From a virus (taxonomy: Duplodnaviria > Caudoviricetes): 51,364 bases of DNA. The notes beneath the pieces were generated by a model, which was not told where the DNA came from, ran no database searches, and saw only the letters and a program-made list of their open reading frames with translations. The DNA is taken from the IMG/VR virus record IMGVR_UViG_3300033487_000006, positions 1-51,364 of that record. The stretch is one strand, 5' to 3'. Positions 1 to 8,459 of the stretch are shown here, piece by piece. How positions within the stretch are numbered: position 1 is the first letter of the stretch; every line of letters starts with the position of its first letter. The translations under genes were made by a program, and so were the position numbers.

Positions 1-12
1 CCGTTCCTCACC
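1..12 (-). repeat. Terminal direct repeat, putative 12-nt cohesive end (cosN; minus strand GGTGAGGAACGG), left copy
   Basis: CCGTTCCTCACC at 1-12 is identical to 51353-51364; lambda-like flanks; adjacent to terminase genes on circularisation. Confidence 0.9.
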
Positions 13-35
13 CGTACCCCCCGTAACCCCCTGGA

Positions 36-42
36 AGGACCC
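36..42 (-). promoter_or_regulatory. cosQ-like packaging termination site GGGTCCT
   Basis: Exact lambda cosQ heptamer, 23 nt from the 12-mer as in lambda. Confidence 0.8.
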
Positions 43-107
43 AAAGCCCCCGGGGGTGTGGTAAGTATGCGAATCTACTGGATACCGCTCGGACCCGCCC
101 GCGGCCG

Positions 108-221
108 TCAATCGCCCCTCCCCCAGAGCACTACCCGCCCCTGCGTCGTCGTCGTGATCACGATGGGCCACGCCTCGAGCTTGAGCAGCTGCAGAACCAG
201 CTCCCGGCGCACCCACCGCAT
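108..221 (-). CDS. Hypothetical 37-aa peptide
   Basis: ATG overlaps stop of upstream ORF; last ORF of leftward operon. Confidence 0.4.
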   Translation of the reverse strand: MRWVRRELVLQLLKLEAWPIVITTTTQGRVVLWGRGD

Positions 222-454
222 CAGTTGCCCTCCGCCGTGAGGCACTCTTTGCATCGCTCCTCCGTGGTCGCGTTGCCGGCCAGCAACGACCGCACGACAT
301 CCCTCCGCGCACCCGAACGGTCGCCGCTGAACCCGACGCCGCACAGCGCGTCGCCCTGCACGTGCACGCGGCACTCTACCGCGTACAGCAGCGCCTCGAG
401 GAAGGCGTGGCCTACGCGCGTTCCGTCGGTGTACTCCACGACGAGCCAAATCAC
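221..454 (-). CDS. Hypothetical protein
   Basis: GTGA start/stop coupling; CxxC near C-terminus. Confidence 0.5.
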   Translation of the reverse strand: MIWLVVEYTDGTRVGHAFLEALLYAVECRVHVQGDALCGVGFSGDRSGARRDVVRSLLAGNATTEERCKECLTAEGN

Positions 455-690
455 TTCCTTGGCGTCCCGTCCGGCCGGATCAGCCCGACCTCCGCGTCTA
501 CGACGCTCCGCACCTCGTAGTGCCACCGCTTGCGACCAGGCCACCACTCGGCGGTGACCGCCAGGTGCTGCCCATCGTGCTCGAACACCGAGGCGACGTG
601 GAGAAGTGGGTCGGGCCCCTTCGGGCCCTCCACGCCGCGCAGCTTGTCACCGACCTTCGGTGGCCACCACGGCGGCAGTTGGTCTCTCAT
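451..690 (-). CDS. Hypothetical protein
   Basis: ATGA coupling; protein-like composition (MRDQLPPWWPPKVGDKL). Confidence 0.6.
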   Translation of the reverse strand: MRDQLPPWWPPKVGDKLRGVEGPKGPDPLLHVASVFEHDGQHLAVTAEWWPGRKRWHYEVRSVVDAEVGLIRPDGTPRK

Positions 691-953
691 CGACACGTGC
701 ACTTCCCTACGGCGCGCAGGCAGCCGTGGCATCGCTGCGTGTAGCCGTCCGCGTCGTACGACCCGACGTACGTGCCCCACTTGCCGCATGGGCAGCGCGC
801 CGGCACTGCGACCTTGCCGCGCCGCGCGAGCTCGGCGGTGAGCTCCTCGTCGCTCAGATCCCGCGCGCTCGCTTTCCGACCTCCGCCTGAACCGACGGAG
901 CCGCCGTGGCCGCCGGCGACCGAGTAGGTGATGCCTTCGTTGCTGTCGTCCAT
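687..953 (-). CDS. Small Cys-rich hypothetical protein
   Basis: AAGGAGG RBS; CPC, CxxC and CTC motifs. Confidence 0.65.
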   Translation of the reverse strand: MDDSNEGITYSVAGGHGGSVGSGGGRKASARDLSDEELTAELARRGKVAVPARCPCGKWGTYVGSYDADGYTQRCHGCLRAVGKCTCR

Positions 954-975
954 GGGGTTCCTCCTTCGTGCCAGC

Positions 976-1527
976 TTACTTCCCGACCTCGAGCGGTAGC
1001 ACGCGCACGAACGTATCCCCAAACGACCGGCCCCCGCGCTCGGCCACCGCGTCGGCCTCGCCCTCGTGCAGGAGCGCATCGACCGGACGTGAGCCGCGCA
1101 GCTCGTCGATGGGGAGCCGCGCCTTGCCGCGCCGGCGGAACACGCCCTTGTGGCCGCTCTTCATCGAGGACACGAACGAGCCCTTGATCAGCGTGCGCTT
1201 GCCCCGGTTGACCTCGACGGATACGCCCTTGGCCGTCTGCCGATGTGGGTACGCGACGAGCGGCACCGGCTCGCCCGACACGTCGAGGGCCCACTCCATG
1301 GCGGCGATGTTCCCGCCCCTGGCTCGGCGCAGCGTCATCGCGCGCGTGATGTACCGCGACTTGATCCGCTTCCTGGCCCGGATGCGCTTCGAGGCCTCGG
1401 ACCGCATGTCGCGCAGGGCGGTCGCGCCGGCCTTGCGCAGGGTGCGCTTGAGCGCGGCCTTGAGCGGGCTGGCCTCGAGGGCGGCGATCTGGCTGCGGTC
1501 CCAGTTGGCGGTGATGGCTACGGGCAT
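976..1527 (-). CDS. Lambda gpZ-like minor tail/neck protein
   Basis: Basic protein with KGSFVSSMKSGHKGVFRRRGKARLPI motif typical of the minor tail Z family. Confidence 0.7.
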   Translation of the reverse strand: MPVAITANWDRSQIAALEASPLKAALKRTLRKAGATALRDMRSEASKRIRARKRIKSRYITRAMTLRRARGGNIAAMEWALDVSGEPVPLVAYPHRQTAKGVSVEVNRGKRTLIKGSFVSSMKSGHKGVFRRRGKARLPIDELRGSRPVDALLHEGEADAVAERGGRSFGDTFVRVLPLEVGK

Positions 1528-1916
1528 GGCTTCATCTCCATCGCGAGTGCGAATGCGGCGATCCGTAGCTCGATAAAGCGCAGCGCCGCCGCCTGCGTCT
1601 GGTGATACATCGACTTCCGCCGGCCCTTCGCGTCGATCTCGATCGTGCGCCAGCCGGCTCGGTCAGGGCCGTACGGCCCCAGGATGCGCGCGCCTCGTCT
1701 CGGACCTCCACCGGCGTTGAATCTGGGACCGGGCCGGCGACGCGCCCGCGTGAGCAAGCGACGGATCGCTGACTTGAGCGTCGCCCTGGCTCGCCGTGCC
1801 GCCTTCTTACGTCGGCGATGCGGCGATTGCCGCGTCGATCCCGATCCGCTCATACACGGGCGAGATCCCTCCGCGCCGCAAACCGGGCAGGCGATGTCGG
1901 TCGTTCTGATCCTCAT
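1518..1916 (-). CDS. Zinc-finger-containing basic protein
   Basis: CPVCGA...PC...H motif; ATGA coupling. Confidence 0.55.
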   Translation of the reverse strand: MRIRTTDIACPVCGAEGSRPCMSGSGSTRQSPHRRRKKAARRARATLKSAIRRLLTRARRRPGPRFNAGGGPRRGARILGPYGPDRAGWRTIEIDAKGRRKSMYHQTQAAALRFIELRIAAFALAMEMKPCP

Positions 1917-2119
1917 CGCGTCTTCCGACTGAACGTCGCCGCGAGCAGCTTGCCCTCGGCGTCGATCTGCCCCGCGCGGTGCCCGCACGGCAGCAGATAC
2001 AGGCTGCGCCCGACCTTCCGGCGGTCCTCGATTCGGCCGCCGCATTCCGGACAGACCTCGGCGGTCATCGGGTCCGCGAACATGCGTTCGATGGCGGCTT
2101 CCTGTTGCTCTGGCGTCAT
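1913..2119 (-). CDS. Small zinc-ribbon protein
   Basis: CPECG...PCGH; GGAG RBS. Confidence 0.6.
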   Translation of the reverse strand: MTPEQQEAAIERMFADPMTAEVCPECGGRIEDRRKVGRSLYLLPCGHRAGQIDAEGKLLAATFSRKTR

Positions 2120-2146
2120 GGTCTCCCTCCACTGCAATCGATTGCA

Positions 2147-2533
2147 CTACCGACGACGGGACATCCGCCGCTGGGCGATTTTCTTCGCGAGATCTCGCAT
2201 CAGGTACTTGCGATCCTGGCGCGCGCCGATGAAGCGTACCTGCTCCGTCCGCGCCCAGAACGAGAGCGTGGTCGCCGGCACCCCGAGCGCGAGCGCCTCG
2301 CGCCAGGTGACCCACGCGCTCCCCGGGTGCGGCTCGCGGCGGCCCGGGCAGCGAGACGCCAGGTGCTCGAGCAGGTCGCGCGCGGTGGTGTGCGCGTCGC
2401 AGATCGGGCACACCACCGCGGGCTCCCGCATCTTGGCGAGGTTCTCGGCCTGCTTCTCGCCGATCGGGAGCTTCCGGTAGCGCGCCGCCCGGATCCCGGC
2501 GGCTCTGTTCGCGGCTCGACTTGTCGGGGTCAT
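2147..2533 (-). CDS. Putative DNA-binding protein (Zn finger plus excisionase/MerR-like HTH)
   Basis: CPIC...H...C, then WREALALGVPATTLSFWA HTH-like segment. Confidence 0.55.
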   Translation of the reverse strand: MTPTSRAANRAAGIRAARYRKLPIGEKQAENLAKMREPAVVCPICDAHTTARDLLEHLASRCPGRREPHPGSAWVTWREALALGVPATTLSFWARTEQVRFIGARQDRKYLMRDLAKKIAQRRMSRRR

Positions 2534-2988
2534 CGTCGTTGCCTCCGATCGCGCCGCTGGCGCGCGATCTCGCGCTGCGGCCGGCGCGCCGGGCGGAACC
2601 CGGGCCGCGGCTCGACCGGCTGCGCGCCGGTGTGGGTCAGGTGCGCGCCGCCGCAGACCTTGCAGGCGTACGCGCGGAGCGAGGTCCCGCGCTCGCGGAG
2701 CACCCGGGCCGCGACCACCTCCGCGAAGCCGAGCGACCCGTAGCGGGTCTTCCGGTAGCAGGAGCGCTCGGGCTCGGGCTCGAGCTCGGGCGCGGTGGCC
2801 GCTGGCGTGGCCGTGGCGCGCGTGGCGACCTGGCCCGCGGCATCGCGCGCCGGGGCCGCGTCGGCGCGCTCCTGGGGCACGCCAGCGGCCGCGGCGTCGG
2901 CGGTGGTTGCCGATCTTCCCGCCTCGTTTGAGGCCGAGGAATCGGCACCCTCGCCGGCGGCCCGTCCAGGCGCGTGGACGCCGTGCAT
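2530..2988 (-). CDS. Hypothetical phage protein with zinc-binding motif
   Basis: C..K.RY...A...RAYACKVCGGAHLT motif common in phage proteins. Confidence 0.6.
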   Translation of the reverse strand: MHGVHAPGRAAGEGADSSASNEAGRSATTADAAAAGVPQERADAAPARDAAGQVATRATATPAATAPELEPEPERSCYRKTRYGSLGFAEVVAARVLRERGTSLRAYACKVCGGAHLTHTGAQPVEPRPGFRPARRPQREIARQRRDRRQRR

Positions 2989-3299
2989 CAGAGCAGCTCC
3001 TCCTCCAGCGCGGCCTCGCCCGGGTCGGGCCCGAGCATCTCGGCGAGCAGGCGCCCGCGCCACGCGAGGTTGGTCTGGAGGAGCTTGGGCGACGGCGGCG
3101 GCTGGATCCCCTGGAGTCGCCAGCAGAGCATCCCGATCGCGAGCGCGCGGTTGACGTCGCCGCCCTGGTGCTGCCGGTCGCGGGCCCACCAGCGGATCAG
3201 GCGGACGTCCGTCCAGCGCTGGAGGTACGCGGCCCCGAGCTCGGCGAGCTCCTGCAGCTCGAGCGCGCTGGCGTTCATCCGGGCGGGCTGCGCGTTCAT
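2988..3299 (-). CDS. Hypothetical protein
   Basis: Start/stop coupling at both ends. Confidence 0.55.
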   Translation of the reverse strand: MNAQPARMNASALELQELAELGAAYLQRWTDVRLIRWWARDRQHQGGDVNRALAIGMLCWRLQGIQPPPSPKLLQTNLAWRGRLLAEMLGPDPGEAALEEELL

Positions 3300-3925
3300 C
3301 TGCGGGCCGCTCCGTTCACGTCGGTGGGGGTCGCGTTCACGGCCCCGGGCTCCGCGACCATCTCCTCCTGGCACGTGCGGCACCACGCGTGCGCCCTGCA
3401 GAGGTTCGAGTCGCCGACCCGGAGGAACGCCGCCCACCCGCACCGCTCCGGGGCCTTGTTGTACGGCGTGATCGTCGCGTCGCACGTGGACCCGGCCGCG
3501 GCGCGCGGCATCGGGCGGTGACACGAGCGACCCGCGCCCGCGACGCGGCGTTCGATCTCGTCGTGCGTTGCCTCGGATGGCTTGTACAGGACCGGGGCCC
3601 GGCCGGGCGCCGCGGCCTCGACCGCCGCGATCGCCTCCTCCACGCTCACGACCTCGATCACCGAGGATCCGCGCCACGCCGCGAACCACGTCACCTGGGG
3701 CGCCATGAGCCTCCCGCGGCCCTTCCGGCGGACCTCGCCGGGCTCGGCGCCACCCTTGCTCTCGGGGTTCTTCACCTCGATCAGGAGCGTCACCCCGTGC
3801 CGCCCGACCAGCAGATCGGGCACGCCGCCGCCCTGGTCGAGCGGCTGGACGTAGCAGCCGATCGCGCGCAAGGCCTCGACGATCGCAGCCTCGTTGGCGT
3901 CGCGTCGCTTCGCACGGTGGATCAC
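3296..3925 (-). CDS. VRR-NUC / Holliday-junction-resolvase-like PD-(D/E)XK nuclease with Cys-rich tail
   Basis: AKRRDANEAAIVEALR...GVPDLLVG...LIEVK motif. Confidence 0.8.
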   Translation of the reverse strand: MIHRAKRRDANEAAIVEALRAIGCYVQPLDQGGGVPDLLVGRHGVTLLIEVKNPESKGGAEPGEVRRKGRGRLMAPQVTWFAAWRGSSVIEVVSVEEAIAAVEAAAPGRAPVLYKPSEATHDEIERRVAGAGRSCHRPMPRAAAGSTCDATITPYNKAPERCGWAAFLRVGDSNLCRAHAWCRTCQEEMVAEPGAVNATPTDVNGAARR

Positions 3926-4143
3926 GGGGTCTCCTTCGCGCGGCGCGTCCTCGGGTCCCACGTCGGATCCCAGAGCTCGCGCCGCATCAGCTTGCGGTCG
4001 ATGGGGAGGTGCGGGCCGGGGCGCGCCGGGATCCCGACGCACGCGACGCCATGGGCCCGATGGCCGTCCTCGAGCACGCACCACCCACCATCGGGCAGGC
4101 GCGCGCAGCACGGCGGCGGGCGATCCAACATCACGGCTACCAC
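3922..4143 (-). CDS. Small Cys/His-rich hypothetical protein
   Basis: Coupled ORF; C...C...GH..H motif. Confidence 0.5.
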   Translation of the reverse strand: MVAVMLDRPPPCCARLPDGGWCVLEDGHRAHGVACVGIPARPGPHLPIDRKLMRRELWDPTWDPRTRRAKETP

Positions 4144-4739
4144 GGCTCCTTGACGAGGCGCTGGATGAACTCGGCCAGCGGCTCCCCCGAGACGCGTTCG
4201 GGGTGGGCGGCGCGCTTCGCGTCGTCGATGTACGCCATGAGCTCATTCCGATCTGCGGTGAGCTGGGCGATGCGCGTGTCGCGCGGGTCGATCGCCAGCG
4301 CTGGGGCCAGCGCGGCGAGCCACGCGAGCAAGCCGCCAACGGTCGTGACGAGCTTGTCGGCGAGCCGCACCATCAGCTCGGGTTCCTGGCCGTCGACCAT
4401 GAACACGGCGCTCGGCTTGCCCGTGCCGATCGCCCACCCGAGCTCGAGCGCGGCGGACCGTCCGCACGGCTTCAGCATCACGAACGTGTCCGCCCACCGC
4501 ATGCCGCCGAGGTCGAGCGCGAGCCCGCGGAGCGCGGCTGGGTGCTCGTACGCGGCGATCACCTGCTCGGCGGTCCAGCAGCGCCAGTCCTCGTCGATCT
4601 CGCGCCACGAGAACCCGTGGTCGTCGGGTGCCGGGTTGCGGAAGTCGTAGACCTCGTGGCCGGCGTCGCGGAGCAGGCGCACCATCGTCGGCTGCCTCTC
4701 GTTGCGCCAGCTCGAGGCGAGGTAGATCTTGCGCGCCAC
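4137..4739 (-). CDS. Nucleoside 2-deoxyribosyltransferase-like protein
   Basis: KIYLASSWRN...GHEVYDFRNP...ADTFVM..PCGRSAALELGWA. Confidence 0.7.
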   Translation of the reverse strand: MARKIYLASSWRNERQPTMVRLLRDAGHEVYDFRNPAPDDHGFSWREIDEDWRCWTAEQVIAAYEHPAALRGLALDLGGMRWADTFVMLKPCGRSAALELGWAIGTGKPSAVFMVDGQEPELMVRLADKLVTTVGGLLAWLAALAPALAIDPRDTRIAQLTADRNELMAYIDDAKRAAHPERVSGEPLAEFIQRLVKEPW

Positions 4740-4741
4740 GG

Positions 4742-5041
4742 CTAGTTCGCCTCGTCGGCCTGCGCGGGCTTCTTCTTCGAGACGGTGACCTTCGTCTTCC
4801 CCTCCTTGATGCGGACCGTCACCTCGACGCCCTCGTCGTCGGTGAACTTGTAGACGTCGACCTCGTGCTTGCGCATGGCGACGATGAGCTTTTCCACGGC
4901 CGCGTCCTCGGCCTCCTTGGCGTTCTTCTTCTCGGTGCGCGCCTCGTTGAGGACCTCGGTGGCGCGGTTGATCTCGGGCGCAACCTTGCGCTTGAAGCCC
5001 GGGGCGGGAAGCTCGGTCTGCTCTGCTTTCTTCTTCTTCAT
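4742..5041 (-). CDS. Lys/Glu-rich hypothetical protein
   Basis: AAGGAG RBS; coding-like codon usage. Confidence 0.7.
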   Translation of the reverse strand: MKKKKAEQTELPAPGFKRKVAPEINRATEVLNEARTEKKNAKEAEDAAVEKLIVAMRKHEVDVYKFTDDEGVEVTVRIKEGKTKVTVSKKKPAQADEAN

Positions 5042-5052
5042 GCTGGTCTCCT

Positions 5053-6147
5053 TCAGGGGGTGTAACGGGGGTCGGTCGATGCGTGGGGGATGTCGTCGGT
5101 CGGCGGCGAGGGCCTGATCGGCAGCGGTTCCTGCTGCGAGGTCTCGCCCTTCACGAGCGGTCGGTGGGTGATCGCCCACCTGGGCACGTCGCCCATCGCG
5201 AGCTCGGTCCACTTGCGGCCCTTCGCTCGCCCGAGGGTGTACTCGTCGCGATACGTGCGGGTGCGGAGGTCGTATGTCATCAGCGCCACGAACGGCGGCG
5301 CGCCTTCGCGGCGATCTTTCTTGATCGCCGCGTACGTCGGGGAGAGCCACCACTTCGCGGGCTCGACATCCCACGCGCGCTCGAGCGTGACGACCTGCGT
5401 GCACACCTTCGTGATGTTGCTGCTGCCGTGGAAGTCGCCGAGCTCGGGCACGAGCTTGTGCGCGCGCTCGTCCTTCTTGCGCAGGTGCGCCACCAGGACG
5501 AACGGCTTGCCGACGACGAGCCCGAGGTCGCGCACGGTCTTGATGAGGTCCGTGACGCTGCGGTTCTCGTCCTCGGCTCCGTCGTCGTCGACGTAGTGCA
5601 GGTGATCGAGCACGAAGAGATCCGTCTCGTCGGCGTGCTCGATCACCATGCGCGCCAGCTGCTCGGCGGCGAAGTCCCGGCCCCGGTAGAACGTGTAGAG
5701 CGTCGAGAGCTCCGCCTCGATCCGGCGATCCGCCCACGCCTCGAGGTGGCCGCAGATGTCGTCGCACCGGCCGAGGTACCAGGACACGTAGCGCATCTCG
5801 CCGGCGCGCGGGTGGCCGGTGCGGAAGAGCTCATCGCAGATCAGCGAGTACTTCGTGCGGCGCTCGAGCTCGTCGCGCTCGGCCTCGAGGGCGAAGTAGT
5901 GCGCGCGGAGATCCTTGCGCGCCACCGCCGCGGCCATCGAGAGTGCTAATTGGGTTTTACCTAGTCCGGTGCCGGCGCCGAGAAGGAACAGGTCATGCGG
6001 GAGCAGCGCCTCGAAGAAGTCCGCGAAGAGCGCGATCGGATAGTCGAGCGCGCGCGCCGCGAGCGCGCGCCGGCGATCGCGCTCGCCGTGCATCCGCTCA
6101 CCCATCGAGCGGAACCCTGCGGGCTCTGGCTTCGGCGGCGGCTTCAC
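5053..6147 (-). CDS. dnaB: DnaB-like replicative helicase, C-terminal ATPase domain only
   Basis: Walker A GAGTGLGKT, YFALE, LFVLDHLH, LVAHLRK, DFHGSSNI. Confidence 0.85.
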   Translation of the reverse strand: MKPPPKPEPAGFRSMGERMHGERDRRRALAARALDYPIALFADFFEALLPHDLFLLGAGTGLGKTQLALSMAAAVARKDLRAHYFALEAERDELERRTKYSLICDELFRTGHPRAGEMRYVSWYLGRCDDICGHLEAWADRRIEAELSTLYTFYRGRDFAAEQLARMVIEHADETDLFVLDHLHYVDDDGAEDENRSVTDLIKTVRDLGLVVGKPFVLVAHLRKKDERAHKLVPELGDFHGSSNITKVCTQVVTLERAWDVEPAKWWLSPTYAAIKKDRREGAPPFVALMTYDLRTRTYRDEYTLGRAKGRKWTELAMGDVPRWAITHRPLVKGETSQQEPLPIRPSPPTDDIPHASTDPRYTP

Positions 6148-6953
6148 GCGGCACGCTCCATGTCGATCTTCGGGTAGGGTCGCGCGGGCGCCGTCAGAAC
6201 CTCGCGGCGCCGGCGCTTGTCGAGGCACCACAGGTAGCGGTGGCAGCCGCGGTGCCGCATCGGACGCGTCAGCTCTGCGCACCACTGACGGAGCCACGCG
6301 CGAACGTTTTCGCCGTCTTGCGGCTTCGGCGCGCCCCAGTTCACAAGTTGTGCGATCGCGCGATCGCGACCGCGCTCACCTGCGACGGCCTTGCTGATCG
6401 CGCGTCGCGACAGCACGGAGCCGTCAGGCAAGATCCGCAGCGTTGCCGGGCGCGTCAGGCCGACGTATCGGCCGTTGGTCGCCTGGTAGATCGTCCCGCC
6501 GTGGCCCGGGAACACGCGGCGTCCGCGCCGGTCGGTGCGTGGCACCGGGTCCGCGCAGCTCTCGACCGCGACGACGCCCCGCGCGGCCAGGAGCTCGAAC
6601 GCACGCGCGATGAACCAGCTCTCGCCGTTGCCCGGCACGCTGTCGAGCAGGACGAGCCGGCCGAGCGTGACGGCCTGGCGCGGCGTGAGGCCGGGGAACA
6701 CCGCGCGGTGCGCCGCCATCGACGCCGGCGGCCCGAACAGCGCCACGCCGGCGAGCCCGCCACGCTGGTAGAGCCCGAAGCGGTGCGCCGTCGAGCTGGC
6801 CGTGCCCGAGTAGTGGTGCTGCGCGACAAACGCGGAGGCCTCGCGCGCGCTCGCGATCGGCTCGACGTCGTAGGCCGAGGTGCAGATCGGCTCGCCCGCC
6901 GGGCGACGGTGCTCGCGGCCGAGCGTCCAGCGCTGGACGGCGTCGACGATCAC
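6144..6953 (-). CDS. Mom-like adenine modification (GNAT-fold) protein
   Basis: FVAQHHYSG...LGRLVLLDSVPGNGESWFIARA...ADP...GHGGTIYQATN. Confidence 0.8.
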   Translation of the reverse strand: MIVDAVQRWTLGREHRRPAGEPICTSAYDVEPIASAREASAFVAQHHYSGTASSTAHRFGLYQRGGLAGVALFGPPASMAAHRAVFPGLTPRQAVTLGRLVLLDSVPGNGESWFIARAFELLAARGVVAVESCADPVPRTDRRGRRVFPGHGGTIYQATNGRYVGLTRPATLRILPDGSVLSRRAISKAVAGERGRDRAIAQLVNWGAPKPQDGENVRAWLRQWCAELTRPMRHRGCHRYLWCLDKRRRREVLTAPARPYPKIDMERAA

Positions 6954-7903
6954 AGCGGCAGTCCTTCCTGACCGCGCGCCGCCGGGAGGCAGTGCGGCGA
7001 GAACCAGATGCGTTCGCGAGCGCGTGACTTCGACGTGCTCGTCGACTTCCACGCGACCTTCGTCCACGTGGTCGGCATCTCGTGCTCGCCCTCGAACCCG
7101 CACAGCGCGATCCGCAGCGCCGGGTTGTTGCCGTTCCTGATGGCCCACTCGCGCACGCGCGACGAGATCGCCGGATCGTCCTCGCGGTAGAGCCGCTTCT
7201 CGCGCGTGTCGTGCGCGTACGGGCCATCAAGGAAGACCCCGCACGGCGTCATGCCGTGCGTGGTGTCGATGCCGAGCGTCGAGCGGCCGAGCACGCGGGT
7301 CCAGTCACCGCAACAGACGCGGACGTGCCGGATCCTCTCTGCCAGTCGCTCGAACAGGTCGGATGGCTTGCCGCTCCGGTGCTCGCCCTTGTTGCGGTGG
7401 GTGAGCGGCTTCTTCCTCGACGGCGCGTGAACGCCGTGCCCCGGCGTGCCCACCTTCGGCATGCACCGGTGCAGTCGCTCGTCCTTGCTGCACCACCCGT
7501 TGCCGATCCACGCGCTGATCCCCCAGACCCACCACCCCGCGATCCTCGGGTCGGAGTACTCGGGATCCTGGACCAGGCGCTCGAACAGCGATGGGGCCTG
7601 ATGGACAAGCCAGCGGTGACGCGCGTGCAGGTCGGCCTCGTTCACCGGCCAGTCCGCCCAGCGCGCGACCTCGTCGGGCTTCGACTGGACGGCGCGCCAG
7701 AAGTTACTGATCAGCCCGTCCTTGTCGTTGACCGTCTCGACCTTGCCGGGCCCGCGCGGGCGCGCGAGCAGCACGGCAAGGCTGCCGGCGAACGGCTCGA
7801 CGTAGTTCGGGACGTCGCCGAACGCCTCCCACACGAGCGGCGCAGCGAGGAACTTGCCCCCGTACCAGGGGAACGGAGCTCGGAGTACTCGCCTCGAGGT
7901 CAT
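6950..7903 (-). CDS. Dam-like (D12 class) DNA adenine methyltransferase with variant DGPY motif
   Basis: PFPWYGGK, YVEPFAGSLAV, ETVND, VFLDGPY, RERIWFS. Confidence 0.85.
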   Translation of the reverse strand: MTSRRVLRAPFPWYGGKFLAAPLVWEAFGDVPNYVEPFAGSLAVLLARPRGPGKVETVNDKDGLISNFWRAVQSKPDEVARWADWPVNEADLHARHRWLVHQAPSLFERLVQDPEYSDPRIAGWWVWGISAWIGNGWCSKDERLHRCMPKVGTPGHGVHAPSRKKPLTHRNKGEHRSGKPSDLFERLAERIRHVRVCCGDWTRVLGRSTLGIDTTHGMTPCGVFLDGPYAHDTREKRLYREDDPAISSRVREWAIRNGNNPALRIALCGFEGEHEMPTTWTKVAWKSTSTSKSRARERIWFSPHCLPAARGQEGLPL

Positions 7904-8214
7904 CTCGCCGCCACCCTCGCGCGGACGTAGCCGTCCTCGGTGCGCGCGACCTCGCCGGCGTCGACCAGCGACCGCAGCACGGCGTCGAGGCGCCCTCGGC
8001 TACACGAGCCGTAGTCGTCGCGGACGGCATCGAAAATCGCCGCCGGCCACTTCGCCTGGTAGCCGCCGATCTTCGAGAGCATGACCTCGCGCACCACGCT
8101 GACCTCGGGCTTGGTCATCCGCACGACCAGCTCGCGGCGGGCCCGCTGGCGGCGCTCGTAGAGCGCGCGGAACGTGGCCGCGGTCTCGGCCGATGACGTC
8201 GGGCGGTACGTCAC
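7900..8214 (-). CDS. Winged-helix-like hypothetical protein
   Basis: RLDAVLRSLVDAGEVARTEDGY C-terminal wing; GTGA coupling. Confidence 0.55.
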   Translation of the reverse strand: MTYRPTSSAETAATFRALYERRQRARRELVVRMTKPEVSVVREVMLSKIGGYQAKWPAAIFDAVRDDYGSCSRGRLDAVLRSLVDAGEVARTEDGYVRARVAAR

Positions 8215-8459
8215 GACGCACGCCTCCACAGGTGGCCGAACTGCGCTTCGATCGCGCGCCAACTCGTGTCGGGCGGCGGGGTGAGCTGGAAGTCGTCGCC
8301 GCCGCACACGTGGAGATTGCCGCGCGCGCCCTCGACCCAGTGAAATGCCGGCGAGAGATGCCCGTCGAGCAGCGAGCGCACGGCGTCGACCTGTTGGCGG
8401 CACCGCCCGCACCAGCCGCGAGGCAGGCCGGAGAGCGGCAACTCGAGCTGCTCGCTCAC
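8211..8459 (-). CDS. Hypothetical zinc-binding protein
   Basis: CxxC...H...C; coupled ORF. Confidence 0.5.
   Translation of the reverse strand: MSEQLELPLSGLPRGWCGRCRQQVDAVRSLLDGHLSPAFHWVEGARGNLHVCGGDDFQLTPPPDTSWRAIEAQFGHLWRRAS

Noticed and set aside
1-12. Terminal 12-bp repeat read as prophage attL/attR
   Set aside because: The integrase is 24 kb away with its own att-like dyad, and the flanks match lambda cos
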